Assembly: GCA_965261085.1 (NCBI GenBank) | Contig: OZ253442.1 | Coordinates: forward strand, 224,001 to 288,000 | Direction of reading: 5' to 3' | DNA from: a bacterium | Lineage (GTDB): Bacteria; UBA8248 | DNA length: 64,000 bases | Shown: piece after piece, positions 18,821 through 28,098 of the stretch | How positions within the stretch are numbered: position 1 is the first letter of the stretch | Layout: every line of letters begins with the position of its first letter | Translations under genes and position numbers: made by a program | Notes under the pieces: model-generated | What the model was told of the DNA's origin: nothing | Seen by the model: only the letters and a program-made list of their open reading frames with translations | The model's database searches: none

Positions 18821-21800
18821 ATGACCCATCCTGAACCAACCGTCCGTAACATCCCGCTGAGCCGGCTGGAACTCGCGCCGGAGAACGTCAGAAAGACGCC
18901 GGAAGACCCGGCCGCCTTCGCGGAGCTCAAGGCTTCCATCGCGGCCCACGATCTGCTGGAGAACCTGATCGTCAGGATAGAGCACCCCGGAGGTGACCCC
19001 GGATCGGGTCCGGGGCAGGCTCATGTCGAGCGTTGCTCCGTGGTCGCCGGCGGACGCCGCCTCGCCGCCATGAAGGCCCTCCTAGAAGAAGAGGTGCTGG
19101 ACGCGGACCACCCCGTACTCTGCCGTGTGATCGGCGCGGCGGAGAACGCAGGAGAGTTTTCACTCGCCGAGAACGTGGTCCGGGTCGCCATGCATCCCGC
19201 CGACCAGGTGGCCGCGTTCACAAAGCTCTCAGAATCGGGCGTCTCCGTCTCCGCCATAGCCGCGCGTTTCGGACTGGCGGAACGCCTGGTCGAACAGCGC
19301 CTGAGTCTCGGCGGCGTGGCGCCTGAGTTGCTCGACGCCTACCGGGAGCAGGAGATGGACCTCGACACCCTGAAAGCCTTCACGGTCACGACCGACCACG
19401 CCCGCCAGAGGACGGCCTGGGAGGGGGTGAAGGAGCAGGGCTACCGCCCGAGCGGCTGGCAGGTGAGGCGCATGCTGACCGAAGAGAGCGTGCCCGCCGT
19501 CTCGGCCGTGGCGCGGTTCGTGGGCGTAGAGGCCTATGAGGCGGCGGGCGGGACGCTCACCCGGGATCTCTTCGCGGGAGAGGACGGGAGCGGGACATGG
19601 TACGACGATCCCGCGCTCCTGAACGAACTCGCGACGGAAAAGCTCCATGCGGCGGCGGACGAACTTAAAGTACGCTGGAAGTGGGCCGAGGCGGTCCTCG
19701 ATACCGACTGGAGCGCGCTCGCGGGCTTCGGGCGGATATCCCCCGAGCCGGCCGCGCCCACCGAGGAGGAGAAGGCCGAGCGGGAGAGCCTGCGCGTCCG
19801 CCAAGACGAACTCGCAGATCTGGATGACGACGAGTGGACCGAGGAACTCGCCTGCGAGGTCGAAGGGATCGAGGGGCGCCTCCGTACGATTGATGAGGCC
19901 GTGGAGGCACGGGCCGCGTTCCGCGAGCAGGATTTCGCGATAGCGGGCTGCATCGCCACGGTCGGCCACGACGGCAGGCTCAAGGTCGTCGAGGGTCTCG
20001 TCAGACCCGAAGACATGCCGGAACGGACGGACGCAGGCGGCGAGGGTGATGGAACGGACCCGGGCCGCGTGGACGCTTCGGCGATCACGGAACCCCTCGC
20101 GGCTCCCCCCGACCCGCGCGCGAGGGTCCGCGAGGAGACAGGGATCGGTATCGGACTCGCCGACGATTTGCGCGCCGTCCGCACGACGCTCGTCAAGGCG
20201 CACTTGTCCGGGGATTTCGAGGCGGCCTTCGACCTGACGCTCTTCCAGCTCGCACGCGCCGTCCAAGCCGATCTCGATGCCGGCCGCTCGGCCGTGATCC
20301 AGCTCGTCTCCACGGGAGAGGCCCTGATGGAGCGGAGGATTGCGGAGATCCCGCCATCCGAATGGGACGACCTGTCGATCGACCTGACGCCCAGGGAATA
20401 CGTGCTCGACTTCCTGGCGCACGCCTTCCCGGTCCAGCTGCAGGAGCCCTTCACCGACGAGGAGGGGAACCTCATGAGCCGGCCCGCCGTCGATGAGGAC
20501 GGGAACCCCGTGCTATCCCAGGAGGCCCTCGCCAAGCGCGAGGCGCTGATCGGGAAGCTGGCCTCCCTCCCGCCGGTGCCCACGGCGCTGGACCAGGTCG
20601 TGCACCGCTTCGGCCACGACGCCGTGGCCGAGGTCACCGGTCGCTCCCGGAGGGTGCTCCGGATGGAGGACGCGCAGGGCGCGCGGCTCGCGCTCCGCCC
20701 GCGTCCCGCATCCGCAGGCCTCGCCGAGACGGCGGCCTTCATGGAAGGTGAGAAGCGGATCCTAGTCTTCTCCATGGCCGGCGGCACGGGTAGGAGCTAC
20801 CACGCCGACCTGGGCTGCGCCAACACGCAGCGAAGGGTCCACTACCTGCTGGAGCCCGGCTGGCGGGCGGATCAGGCGATCCAGGGACTCGGCCGCACCC
20901 ACAGGACGCACCAGGCATCTGCGCCGCTGTTCCGGCCCGTGACCACCGACGTCAAGGGCGAGCGGCGCTTCATCGCCACCATCGCGCGGAGGCTCGACTC
21001 CCTGGGCGCCATCACCCGGGGGCAGCGCAACTCGCAGACCGCCATGTCCGGGAGCGAGGCGACGCTGTTCCGCGCGGGCGACAACCTCGAGAGCCCCTAC
21101 GCCCGGGCGGCGCTCCGCCAGTTCTACGGTGCCCTGTGGCGTGGAGGTGTCCCCGACTGGCCGCTTGCGCGCTTCGAGGAGGCGACGGGCCTCAAGCTCA
21201 CGTACGAGGGAGCGCTCAAGGAGGACCTCCCTCCCATGCCTAAGTTCCTGAACCGCCTGCTCGCGCTTCCCATAGAGGAGCAGAACGCGCTGTTCGCAGA
21301 GCTCGAATCGCGCGTCGAGTCCAATATCGAACAAGCCGTCGAGGCGGGGACCTACGAAGTCGGCGTCGAGACCCTGCGCGCGGACTCGCTCACCGCGGCC
21401 GGGCACGAGACCCTCTACACCCACCCCGGGACCGGGGCTGCGACCGGCCTAGTCGAAATACTCCGCCGCGACCGGCTCGTGCCCGTGACGGCCGACGCCG
21501 CGCTCGATATGGCCGGGAAGGCCGGGGAGCCTGCGCTCGTCGTCAACGCGCGCTCGAAACGGGCGGCCTCCCTCCTGCCGGCGCCCTTGATGATGTTCGA
21601 CGACGGGGGCGTGCAGGAACGGGTGCGTCTCCAGCGGCCCGCCGCCCGGGAGGGCATGGCGAGAGCCGAACTCGATGCCTCGAACTGGCGCGAGGCGGAA
21701 GAAGCCGAATGGCGCGCCCTCTGGGAGGAGGAGGTCGCCTCGCTGCCGGCGCACACCGAATCGCGATTCTGGCTCGTCACCGGGCTCCTCCTGCCGGTCT

Positions 21801-22192
21801 GGGACCGGCTGGGCGCCGAGAACATGCGAGTGCGCCGCCTCGACACCGACGACGGTGAAGCGATGATCGGGCGCGCCTTGGACGCCGCCGGTGTCCGCGC
21901 CGTGCGCGCCGCCTTCGGTCTGGACGGCGGTCCCTCTCTCAGCGCCGGGGAGGCCTTCGATGCCGTCATGGGACGCGGCGAGGTCCTGACCCTCGCGAAC
22001 GGCTGGCGCCTCGCGCGCCGCCGCATCATGGGGGCGCAGCGCCTGGAGATAGAAGGACCCGACGACCGCCACGTCGCCGACTTGAAGCGTGCGGGCTGTA
22101 CGGTCGAGATCGTCTCCTGGAGCGCGCGGGTCTTCGCGCCCGACGCAGCCGTTCTCGCCCGCGTCCTCGAAAGCCGTCCCCTCGCCGACTGA
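18821..22192 (+). CDS. ParB/RepB/Spo0J-family N-terminus fused in frame to a Strawberry-notch-like helicase C-terminal half
   Basis: ParB motifs NVRK, LKASI..H.LLENL.V, VVAGGRRL.A and SLAEN..R..MHPAD; Sno/Helicase_C_4 motifs VAEVTGRS, AGGTGRSYHAD and GWRADQAIQGLGRTHRT.Q. Confidence 0.85.
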   Translation: MTHPEPTVRNIPLSRLELAPENVRKTPEDPAAFAELKASIAAHDLLENLIVRIEHPGGDPGSGPGQAHVERCSVVAGGRRLAAMKALLEEEVLDADHPVLCRVIGAAENAGEFSLAENVVRVAMHPADQVAAFTKLSESGVSVSAIAARFGLAERLVEQRLSLGGVAPELLDAYREQEMDLDTLKAFTVTTDHARQRTAWEGVKEQGYRPSGWQVRRMLTEESVPAVSAVARFVGVEAYEAAGGTLTRDLFAGEDGSGTWYDDPALLNELATEKLHAAADELKVRWKWAEAVLDTDWSALAGFGRISPEPAAPTEEEKAERESLRVRQDELADLDDDEWTEELACEVEGIEGRLRTIDEAVEARAAFREQDFAIAGCIATVGHDGRLKVVEGLVRPEDMPERTDAGGEGDGTDPGRVDASAITEPLAAPPDPRARVREETGIGIGLADDLRAVRTTLVKAHLSGDFEAAFDLTLFQLARAVQADLDAGRSAVIQLVSTGEALMERRIAEIPPSEWDDLSIDLTPREYVLDFLAHAFPVQLQEPFTDEEGNLMSRPAVDEDGNPVLSQEALAKREALIGKLASLPPVPTALDQVVHRFGHDAVAEVTGRSRRVLRMEDAQGARLALRPRPASAGLAETAAFMEGEKRILVFSMAGGTGRSYHADLGCANTQRRVHYLLEPGWRADQAIQGLGRTHRTHQASAPLFRPVTTDVKGERRFIATIARRLDSLGAITRGQRNSQTAMSGSEATLFRAGDNLESPYARAALRQFYGALWRGGVPDWPLARFEEATGLKLTYEGALKEDLPPMPKFLNRLLALPIEEQNALFAELESRVESNIEQAVEAGTYEVGVETLRADSLTAAGHETLYTHPGTGAATGLVEILRRDRLVPVTADAALDMAGKAGEPALVVNARSKRAASLLPAPLMMFDDGGVQERVRLQRPAAREGMARAELDASNWREAEEAEWRALWEEEVASLPAHTESRFWLVTGLLLPVWDRLGAENMRVRRLDTDDGEAMIGRALDAAGVRAVRAAFGLDGGPSLSAGEAFDAVMGRGEVLTLANGWRLARRRIMGAQRLEIEGPDDRHVADLKRAGCTVEIVSWSARVFAPDAAVLARVLESRPLAD
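18997..19015. repeat. Short palindromic element CCCCGGATCGGGTCCGGGG in frame within the ParB domain; related copy at about 18586-18604
   Basis: 7-bp stem encoding PGSGPG; the upstream CTGTCCGGGCTTGACCCGG is a related copy in reverse orientation. Confidence 0.5.
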
Positions 22193-22344
22193 ACCCGCAC
22201 GTGCGGCCGGCCCGCATACGTATGGCCGGCCCATCTCCGTCCGGCGGGGGGCCGTTCCGCAGTCGTTATCCGTATCGCCGGCCGCCCGGCGCCTGTCGCC
22301 GGGGGCGGCGACAAATTCCGCCATCATTCAAGGGAGTTCGTTCC

Positions 22345-22605
22345 ATGACCTCACAGACACTGCCGAAAGTTACCGACTTCGCCTTCTGCCCGTCCTACGG
22401 ACCCGATGACGAGCCGCAGGAAATACGCCTCGTCATCGACGGAATGACCGGGAGCATCCCCACCGCCCTGGTCGCCCTCACCCTGGAAGACGCCGAGCGC
22501 TTCTGCGACAGGCTCAACGCCCGGCTCGGAATGGACCGGGAGGCCTGGTCCGCTCTGGCCGCGCGAACAATGGGCCCGGCGCAGGACGACGAGGCCGCCG
22601 GTTGA
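22345..22605 (+). CDS. Hypothetical protein (86 aa)
   Basis: ATG 22345 preceded by AGGGAG; lies between the ParB fusion and toprim genes. Confidence 0.6.
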   Translation: MTSQTLPKVTDFAFCPSYGPDDEPQEIRLVIDGMTGSIPTALVALTLEDAERFCDRLNARLGMDREAWSALAARTMGPAQDDEAAG

Positions 22606-22697
22606 GCCGCCCTCATTGCAATGCAGCCGCCCCGGTGATGTCGGAGGACGCTCACGCGCCGGCTCTTTTTTTGCCCGTTATCCAGAGGAGGTCCGCC

Positions 22698-23672
22698 ATG
22701 TCCCGAACACCATCTCCCGCGGCCGGGATCGCCGCCGCGCTCGCCTCGCGCGCCGAGGAAGTCTGCCGCCGCTATCTGCCCCGGGGCAAAAAGCAGGGCC
22801 GCTACTGGGTCGCGGGCGACGTCGACGGCTCGCCGGGACGCTCTCTCTTCGTCCGCCTGAAGCCTCCGGGCGCGCCGGGCAAATGGACCGACGCGGCCAC
22901 CGGGGAGCACGGCGACCTGCTCGACCTGATCCGCAGCCGTTACGCCTCGCCCACGCTCCGCGCGGCCATGGACGAGGCCCGCGCCTTCCTCGCCCTGCCT
23001 GCCCCACATTTGCCGGCCGGGGGGCCGCCATACGACGCGAGGGAAGCGGCGCGGCGCATCTGGCGGAGTTGCCGCCCGATTGAGGGCGGCCCGGCCGATG
23101 CCTACCTCCGCGCCCGGGGCATCACGCGGTTCCGCTTCCCCTCCCTGCGCTTCCACCCGGCGCTCTACCACCGCGAAGCCGACCGCCGACTGCCCGCCCT
23201 GGTCGCCGCCGTGACCGACTCGGGAGGTGCGCTCCACGCCGTGCACCGCACCTGGATCGATTCCGATGCGCAGACGAAGGCCGGCGTCCTCCCCTCCCGC
23301 AAGGCGCTCGGCCGGGTCTTCGGACGCGCCGTGCGCTTCGGCGCACCCGGCGCCACCCTTCTGGTCGGGGAGGGCGTCGAGACCGTACTCTCGATCGTCA
23401 CCGCGGCGCCCCGGGTCCCCGCTGCGGCCGCACTCTCCGCAGGTAGCCTCGGCGCCTTCGTCCCGCCCGAGGGGGTCACCCGCCTCGTCATCGCTCGGGA
23501 CAACGACGTGGAAGGGGAGGTGGCGGCGGAACGCCTGGCCAAACGCTGCGCCGGGATCGGGGTCGGCGCCCGCGTCATCGTTCCGGAACGCGGCGACTTC
23601 AACGACGACCTCGCTGCGCTCGGCGCCGCTGTCCTCGCGGCACGGCTCGGGCCGCTCTTCCACTTCGCGTGA
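22698..23672 (+). CDS. Toprim-domain primase-like protein of conjugative elements
   Basis: YLP.GK..GRYW..GDV.G.PGRSL, W.D.ATGEHGDLLDL, VGEG.ET.LS, IARDND.EG and P..GDFNDDL motifs; RBS GAGGAGG. Confidence 0.85.
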   Translation: MSRTPSPAAGIAAALASRAEEVCRRYLPRGKKQGRYWVAGDVDGSPGRSLFVRLKPPGAPGKWTDAATGEHGDLLDLIRSRYASPTLRAAMDEARAFLALPAPHLPAGGPPYDAREAARRIWRSCRPIEGGPADAYLRARGITRFRFPSLRFHPALYHREADRRLPALVAAVTDSGGALHAVHRTWIDSDAQTKAGVLPSRKALGRVFGRAVRFGAPGATLLVGEGVETVLSIVTAAPRVPAAAALSAGSLGAFVPPEGVTRLVIARDNDVEGEVAAERLAKRCAGIGVGARVIVPERGDFNDDLAALGAAVLAARLGPLFHFA

Positions 23673-23770
23673 GTCGGAGAGGAGCGGGCCTGAGCAGGAA
23701 GGGAGGGTTTGACAACCGCCGCCCTGCTGCGCAGCCGGCCTGCCGCCGGTGGGAGGGAGCAAGGTGGAAC

Positions 23771-24562
23771 CTACGGGCCTTTGCCGTATGTCTGGCGCGC
23801 CAACTCTCCCACTCGCCGTTTCTGCATATCGCTCAGCGAGCCGAACGGCGTCTGGGCCTTGGCGCCGTATACGAACAGCGAAGGTTCGCCCGTTATCGCG
23901 TACCACCTCGCATCGACCGGGTACGGGCGTTTTCTGAGCTCCCCGCTTATCTTGCGCCGGAACTCGTGAATCCGCCGCCAGTCGTTCAAGGCCGGGAAGC
24001 GTCCCTCGATATACTCGCGGTCTTTCCTCTTGACGCTCAGCAGGACGATTTCCGGCTTCAGGATTTCCAGCAACCGGCGCCACAGAATGCCGCCTTTCCC
24101 CTGCAGCGCACGGTGTTCCGCTTCTCCAAGCCCGCTCCACGTCGGATTCGTGGCGACGGGCGAACCAAAGTCCGTATGCAGGGCCGTCGAGGGTTTCCGG
24201 CCCGGATAGTAGCTGGCCTCCGCTCCTCCCAGCGCGACGTCGTAGAACCGGAACCATCTGCGATAGGGGTCAGCGTCGAAGTAGGAACACAGGCCTCTCA
24301 GGTAGCGCTCGCCCTCGGTCGCCGTGATCCCGGCGCATCCCGGAAACCTCCGGAACGGAGAACCCTCGGGGAATTCCGCCGACGAAGGATTCGATCCTAC
24401 GGTCACCACCCGAACTGACGAGGCGGAGTATGCCTCCAAATCGCCGAAGAAGAGAATCGGCATGGCGGGATGGACGCGCGAAGACGGAGCAGCGCATTCG
24501 AACGCCTTCCAGGCCTCCGCCACCAGCGAATTCAAACCGCCCCTTTCGATACGCCTGTCCAT
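23771..24562 (-). CDS. Hypothetical protein with a uracil-DNA-glycosylase-superfamily-like motif
   Basis: PILFFGD.......VVTVGSNPS..EF resembles UDG-fold motif 1 (GxNP); also L...LKPEIVL. ATG 24562 with GGAGG RBS. Confidence 0.5.
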   Translation of the reverse strand: MDRRIERGGLNSLVAEAWKAFECAAPSSRVHPAMPILFFGDLEAYSASSVRVVTVGSNPSSAEFPEGSPFRRFPGCAGITATEGERYLRGLCSYFDADPYRRWFRFYDVALGGAEASYYPGRKPSTALHTDFGSPVATNPTWSGLGEAEHRALQGKGGILWRRLLEILKPEIVLLSVKRKDREYIEGRFPALNDWRRIHEFRRKISGELRKRPYPVDARWYAITGEPSLFVYGAKAQTPFGSLSDMQKRRVGELARQTYGKGP

Positions 24563-24749
24563 ACCTCCATCTGACACGGACCCGGGGCAAGGGCAAGTCC
24601 CGGCGGTGTCGGCGAGTGGTCCCCACCGGATGAGAACCTCCCCCCGAGAGTAAGAGCGAAGCACGGAACCGGGCAAAGGCCCGGTAGGGAGAGGGAGACG
24701 GTCTTCCGACCCTGATGCCGGGGGCGACAACCCGAGAGGAGGCTGGACC

Positions 24750-24881
24750 ATGTATGAGAACGACTACGACATCGAGATGTTCACCAGTGACGAACTGCTC
24801 GCCGAGATCGGACTCGACGCGTACACGATCCGCAAGTTGCGCAACGAGGCGGACGGCGAAGTGGAGTTTTGTAGCGTTTAG
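24750..24881 (+). CDS. Small acidic protein (43 aa; not in the ORF track)
   Basis: GAGGAGG RBS; MYENDYDIEMFTSDELLAEIGLDAYTIRKLRNEADGEVEFCSV; immediately upstream of ssb. Confidence 0.5.
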   Translation: MYENDYDIEMFTSDELLAEIGLDAYTIRKLRNEADGEVEFCSV

Positions 24882-24955
24882 GACGAACCGGGTGGAGAGA
24901 AAGACTCTCTCCCTCCCATCACTTTTTCACACTCACACCACGAAGGAGTACTACC

Positions 24956-25402
24956 ATGGCATTCGGACTCAACAGAGCGGAACTGATCGGGCGTCTCGGC
25001 GCCGACGTCACCATCAACCATCTCTCGAGCGGCGGGCGCGTCGCGAATCTATCCATCGCCACCGACGAGGGCTACGTCGACAAGCAGTCCGGCGATCGGG
25101 TGGAGAAGACCGAGTGGCACCGGGTCGTGACCTTCCAGCCGGGCCTGGTGGATATGTTTGAGAAGCACGCGAAGAAGGGCCGCCTGGTCTACGTGGCGGG
25201 TAAGCTCCAGACCAGACGCTGGAAGAAGGACGAGGAGGATTCCGATCGGTTCTCGACCGAGATCTTACTCGCCCCCGGCGGGCGGGTGCAGTTCCTGGAG
25301 AAGATGAACGGGAACGGCAATGGCAACGGAGGCGGCGCGCACCCCGAGACGGCCGATGTGGCGGCCACCGCGGGCGTAGTAGGCGAAGATATTCCATTCT
25401 GA
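24956..25402 (+). CDS. ssb: Single-stranded DNA-binding protein
   Basis: LNR..LIGRLG.D, TEWHRVV.F and KG.LVYV.GKLQTR.W motifs; C-terminal EDIPF. Confidence 0.95.
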   Translation: MAFGLNRAELIGRLGADVTINHLSSGGRVANLSIATDEGYVDKQSGDRVEKTEWHRVVTFQPGLVDMFEKHAKKGRLVYVAGKLQTRRWKKDEEDSDRFSTEILLAPGGRVQFLEKMNGNGNGNGGGAHPETADVAATAGVVGEDIPF

Positions 25403-25410
25403 TCACGTCA

Positions 25411-25443
25411 GGGGTCGGCGTTACGGCGCCGGCCCCTTTTTTT
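25411..25443 (+). terminator. Rho-independent terminator after ssb
   Basis: GGGGTCGGCG...CGCCGGCCCC stem followed by T7. Confidence 0.8.
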
Positions 25444-25530
25444 GCTCGTTATCCAGAGGAGGTCCGCCATGCCCCGAACACCCTCTCCAGCGCCGGGATC
25501 GCCGCCGCCCTCGCCTTTCTCGCCCTGCCG
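25437..25530 (+). pseudogene. Relic duplicate of the RBS and 5' end of the toprim gene
   Basis: CGTTATCCAGAGGAGGTCCGCCATG(T/C)CCCGAACACC... is near-identical to about 22667-22746. Confidence 0.7.
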
Positions 25531-25803
25531 GCCCTCTCATCTACCGGGAACACCCGGGAAATCTCCGGTTCCGTGAACGATAAACCATGTTCACGGAAGA
25601 TCGGCATGCACCTGCAATCACCGCATACCCTGGACAGTGGTTCGGTCTACCCCCCGCTGCGGGAATTTTGGGCCGGAAAAAACGGCCCAAAATGACCCTC
25701 TCCGCAGCATGAGAGATTGTTTCACGATGAGCTTCGCCTTCATCGTGAAACAACCGGAAGCTCTTGTGTCCCGGTGGCGATACTACCCTCTCTCTCTTAG
25801 CGT

Positions 25804-26016
25804 CCTCATTTTAGCACGAACGGCGAGCAATAAAGGGTGGCCGCTAGCGGCCATCATTTGCCGGTACCCCCCAAAAAACGTCGAGCGGCAAAAAACGAAA
25901 GCGCCGCTCTATGAAGCGTGTTTTTCGGGAACCCCCCGGAAAATGACGAGCCCTTGATTCGCTCGCCTACGGGCATCGGGAACACCACCCGATGCCCTTA
26001 CGTGCTGAAAATGGGG
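25804..26016 (+). promoter_or_regulatory. Highly structured non-coding region, candidate ssDNA promoter/ssi (Frpo-like)
   Basis: Long-range arms CATTTTAGCACG/CGTGCTGAAAATG and GGCGAGC/GCTCGCC; 16-bp palindrome at 25838-25853; 10-bp hairpin at 25971-25997. Confidence 0.45.
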
Positions 26017-26059
26017 CGCTAAGAAGCGCATCCGTTAACTCTCTGGAAAGGAGAAAGGC

Positions 26060-26434
26060 ATGGAAACCACCGTGGTGAACCTGAACGACTATGTTGCGCC
26101 CCAATTCGGAAGCGGCTGTCTCGTCGTGATTGACAGGACGACGAAGTGGGGAAATCCCTTCCGGATCGGCCAGGACGGCGACCGCGCCGACGTGATTGAA
26201 AAATACCGGCAATGGCTCTGGAGAAAAATCCAGCAGGAGGAGATCAACCTCTACGAACTCGCCGACCTTCATGGCTGCGAACTCGGCTGCCACTGTCATC
26301 CCCTTCCATGCCACGGCGACGTCCTCGCACGCGCCGCCGCGTGGGCAGCCGACTACCTCGGCGACATGCCCAAAGAAGTGAAGCGAGACGATCTCGGCTA
26401 CGCGCTGCCCCAATACGACTATTCCCTCGCTTGA
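26060..26434 (+). CDS. DUF4326-family protein
   Basis: I.R.TKWGNPF.IG.DG.R..VI.KY..WL and L.G..LGC.C.P.PCHGDVL motifs. Confidence 0.85.
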   Translation: METTVVNLNDYVAPQFGSGCLVVIDRTTKWGNPFRIGQDGDRADVIEKYRQWLWRKIQQEEINLYELADLHGCELGCHCHPLPCHGDVLARAAAWAADYLGDMPKEVKRDDLGYALPQYDYSLA

Positions 26435-26497
26435 GGACAACCGAACCACTGGCCGAAAAGCCCGGCTGGAAAACCCAATCACTGAAAGGAGTGAACG

Positions 26498-27454
26498 ATG
26501 ACTGCCACCGCGACACACGACCACAAGGAGAGCATCATGCACGAGCACACAGAGCACGAAGCACAGAATGAATCCTTCACCGCCATGGTCTGCGAGCAGG
26601 CAGCGCTGTTCGGCGCAACCCCGGGACCCGATGAGTTCGACAACCGACCCGTATGGGACCAGAACGAATCCACAGACGCCGTCACTCAGGCCTTCCGCAT
26701 CCTCGCGCAAGCCGCACCTGACGGCACGCAACTTGCGGATGAGCGAGCGAATCTCCTCTGGGGCTTCGTCAACACCCTGGACGCCCAGACACAGCGCCTC
26801 GACCGCGCCGCCGACAGGCTCATCCCCGGCATACGCGAACTCCAGCGCGAACAGGACGGCTCCGAGATCAGATCACGCGAACTCGAACTCACGACCGACC
26901 GCGCGCAAAACCTGAGCGACCGCCGAGACGCCTTCGAAGGACTGCGCGACACCGCCGCCGAGGCTTATCGCGTAGAGACCGGCGAGGTCTGGCGGCCCAG
27001 GCGAGGCTCCCACGTCTCCCAAACCGGCAAGCTGACCTCTGCGGTGATCGAGGCGCGCGACTTCCAGCGCGCCAGAAAGGACCGCGAGAACACCGCTCAT
27101 CTTCCCCAGGGAACACTCGTCGCCGTCGCGGGCGGCAAGGAGGCGAACGACGTAAGCAAAATCATCGCGCATCTCGACAAGCTCAAGGCCAAGTACAAAG
27201 ACGTGGTGCTCGTCCACGGCGGCGGCCCCGGCGCCGAGAAGATTGCAGCGGGATGGGCGGAGCGAAACGGCGTCCACCAAGTCGTCTGTAAACCCGACTG
27301 GGACGCACACGGCAGGGCCGCTCCCTTCAGGCGCAACGACGACTTGCTCGCACTCCTGCCCAAGGGCGTCATCGCGTTCCCGGGCAGCGGCATCACAGAC
27401 AACCTCGTCGACAAGGCCCGCACCCTCGGAATTCCCGTCCAAAAAGTAGCGTGA
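26498..27454 (+). CDS. DUF2493 (YspA/SLOG-like) protein of conjugative elements
   Basis: LLWGFVN, WRPRRGS.VS, VAVAGG, VLVHGG..GAE.IA..WA, PDW..HGRAAPFRRND and FPGSGIT.NL motifs. Confidence 0.82.
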   Translation: MTATATHDHKESIMHEHTEHEAQNESFTAMVCEQAALFGATPGPDEFDNRPVWDQNESTDAVTQAFRILAQAAPDGTQLADERANLLWGFVNTLDAQTQRLDRAADRLIPGIRELQREQDGSEIRSRELELTTDRAQNLSDRRDAFEGLRDTAAEAYRVETGEVWRPRRGSHVSQTGKLTSAVIEARDFQRARKDRENTAHLPQGTLVAVAGGKEANDVSKIIAHLDKLKAKYKDVVLVHGGGPGAEKIAAGWAERNGVHQVVCKPDWDAHGRAAPFRRNDDLLALLPKGVIAFPGSGITDNLVDKARTLGIPVQKVA

Positions 27455-27818
27455 CGTGAACGCTCAACGGGTCGCGTCGTCGCCGCCCGGCGGCGCGGCC
27501 CGTTGCGTCTCGTCGACCAACGCTCGCGCCACTTGCGCCGGCATCGATGATGACTCCGCTGGTCTTGCCGCAGGAACAACTCCCCGCATTGCTCCTCCCG
27601 CTCAATCGCCGCGGCGGCTCCCGCTCGCCATTATCATCGGCAAAAATTTCCCCGACTTGCGTTTCAAAAAATCCCTGCGCTAGCCGCCCTTCGGCGTTTC
27701 GTTCAGTACACCCGACGCAGCGGGCTGCACCGGCTCCAGAGGCTGCGAATGACCGCGATCTCCTGCGCCCGGCTGTTATGGTTCATCCCCCCGCGCATCC
27801 CCGTCATGCCGGAAATAG

Positions 27819-27988
27819 TGCGTCGTATTTGCGACGATCCCCTGATTTTGATAATTATATCAACAGGTTAGAGAGAGGCTGGATGCGGTTTTTGCGGTAG
27901 CGTTTCTCCTGCAGATACCAATTGCGTCGCAGACGGGGGTGCGCACGAATATGATCCCACTCGGCCTGCGTCGCAAATGCGACGCAGG
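27819..27988. promoter_or_regulatory. Candidate oriT region
   Basis: Perfect 11-bp inverted repeat at 27965-27988, repeated TGCGTCG motifs, and a perfect IHF consensus TATCAACAGGTTA at 27858-27870; adjacent to an RHH gene. Confidence 0.45.
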
Positions 27989-28098
27989 ACACGGATGCGC
28001 AGGACCATGATCGACCGGCGCAACCCGGCCCGGGAATCCGGTGAGCGCCCGCTGTTTCGGCTTCCGAAAGGCGCAGGCGGGAGCCGGAAACATCTCAC

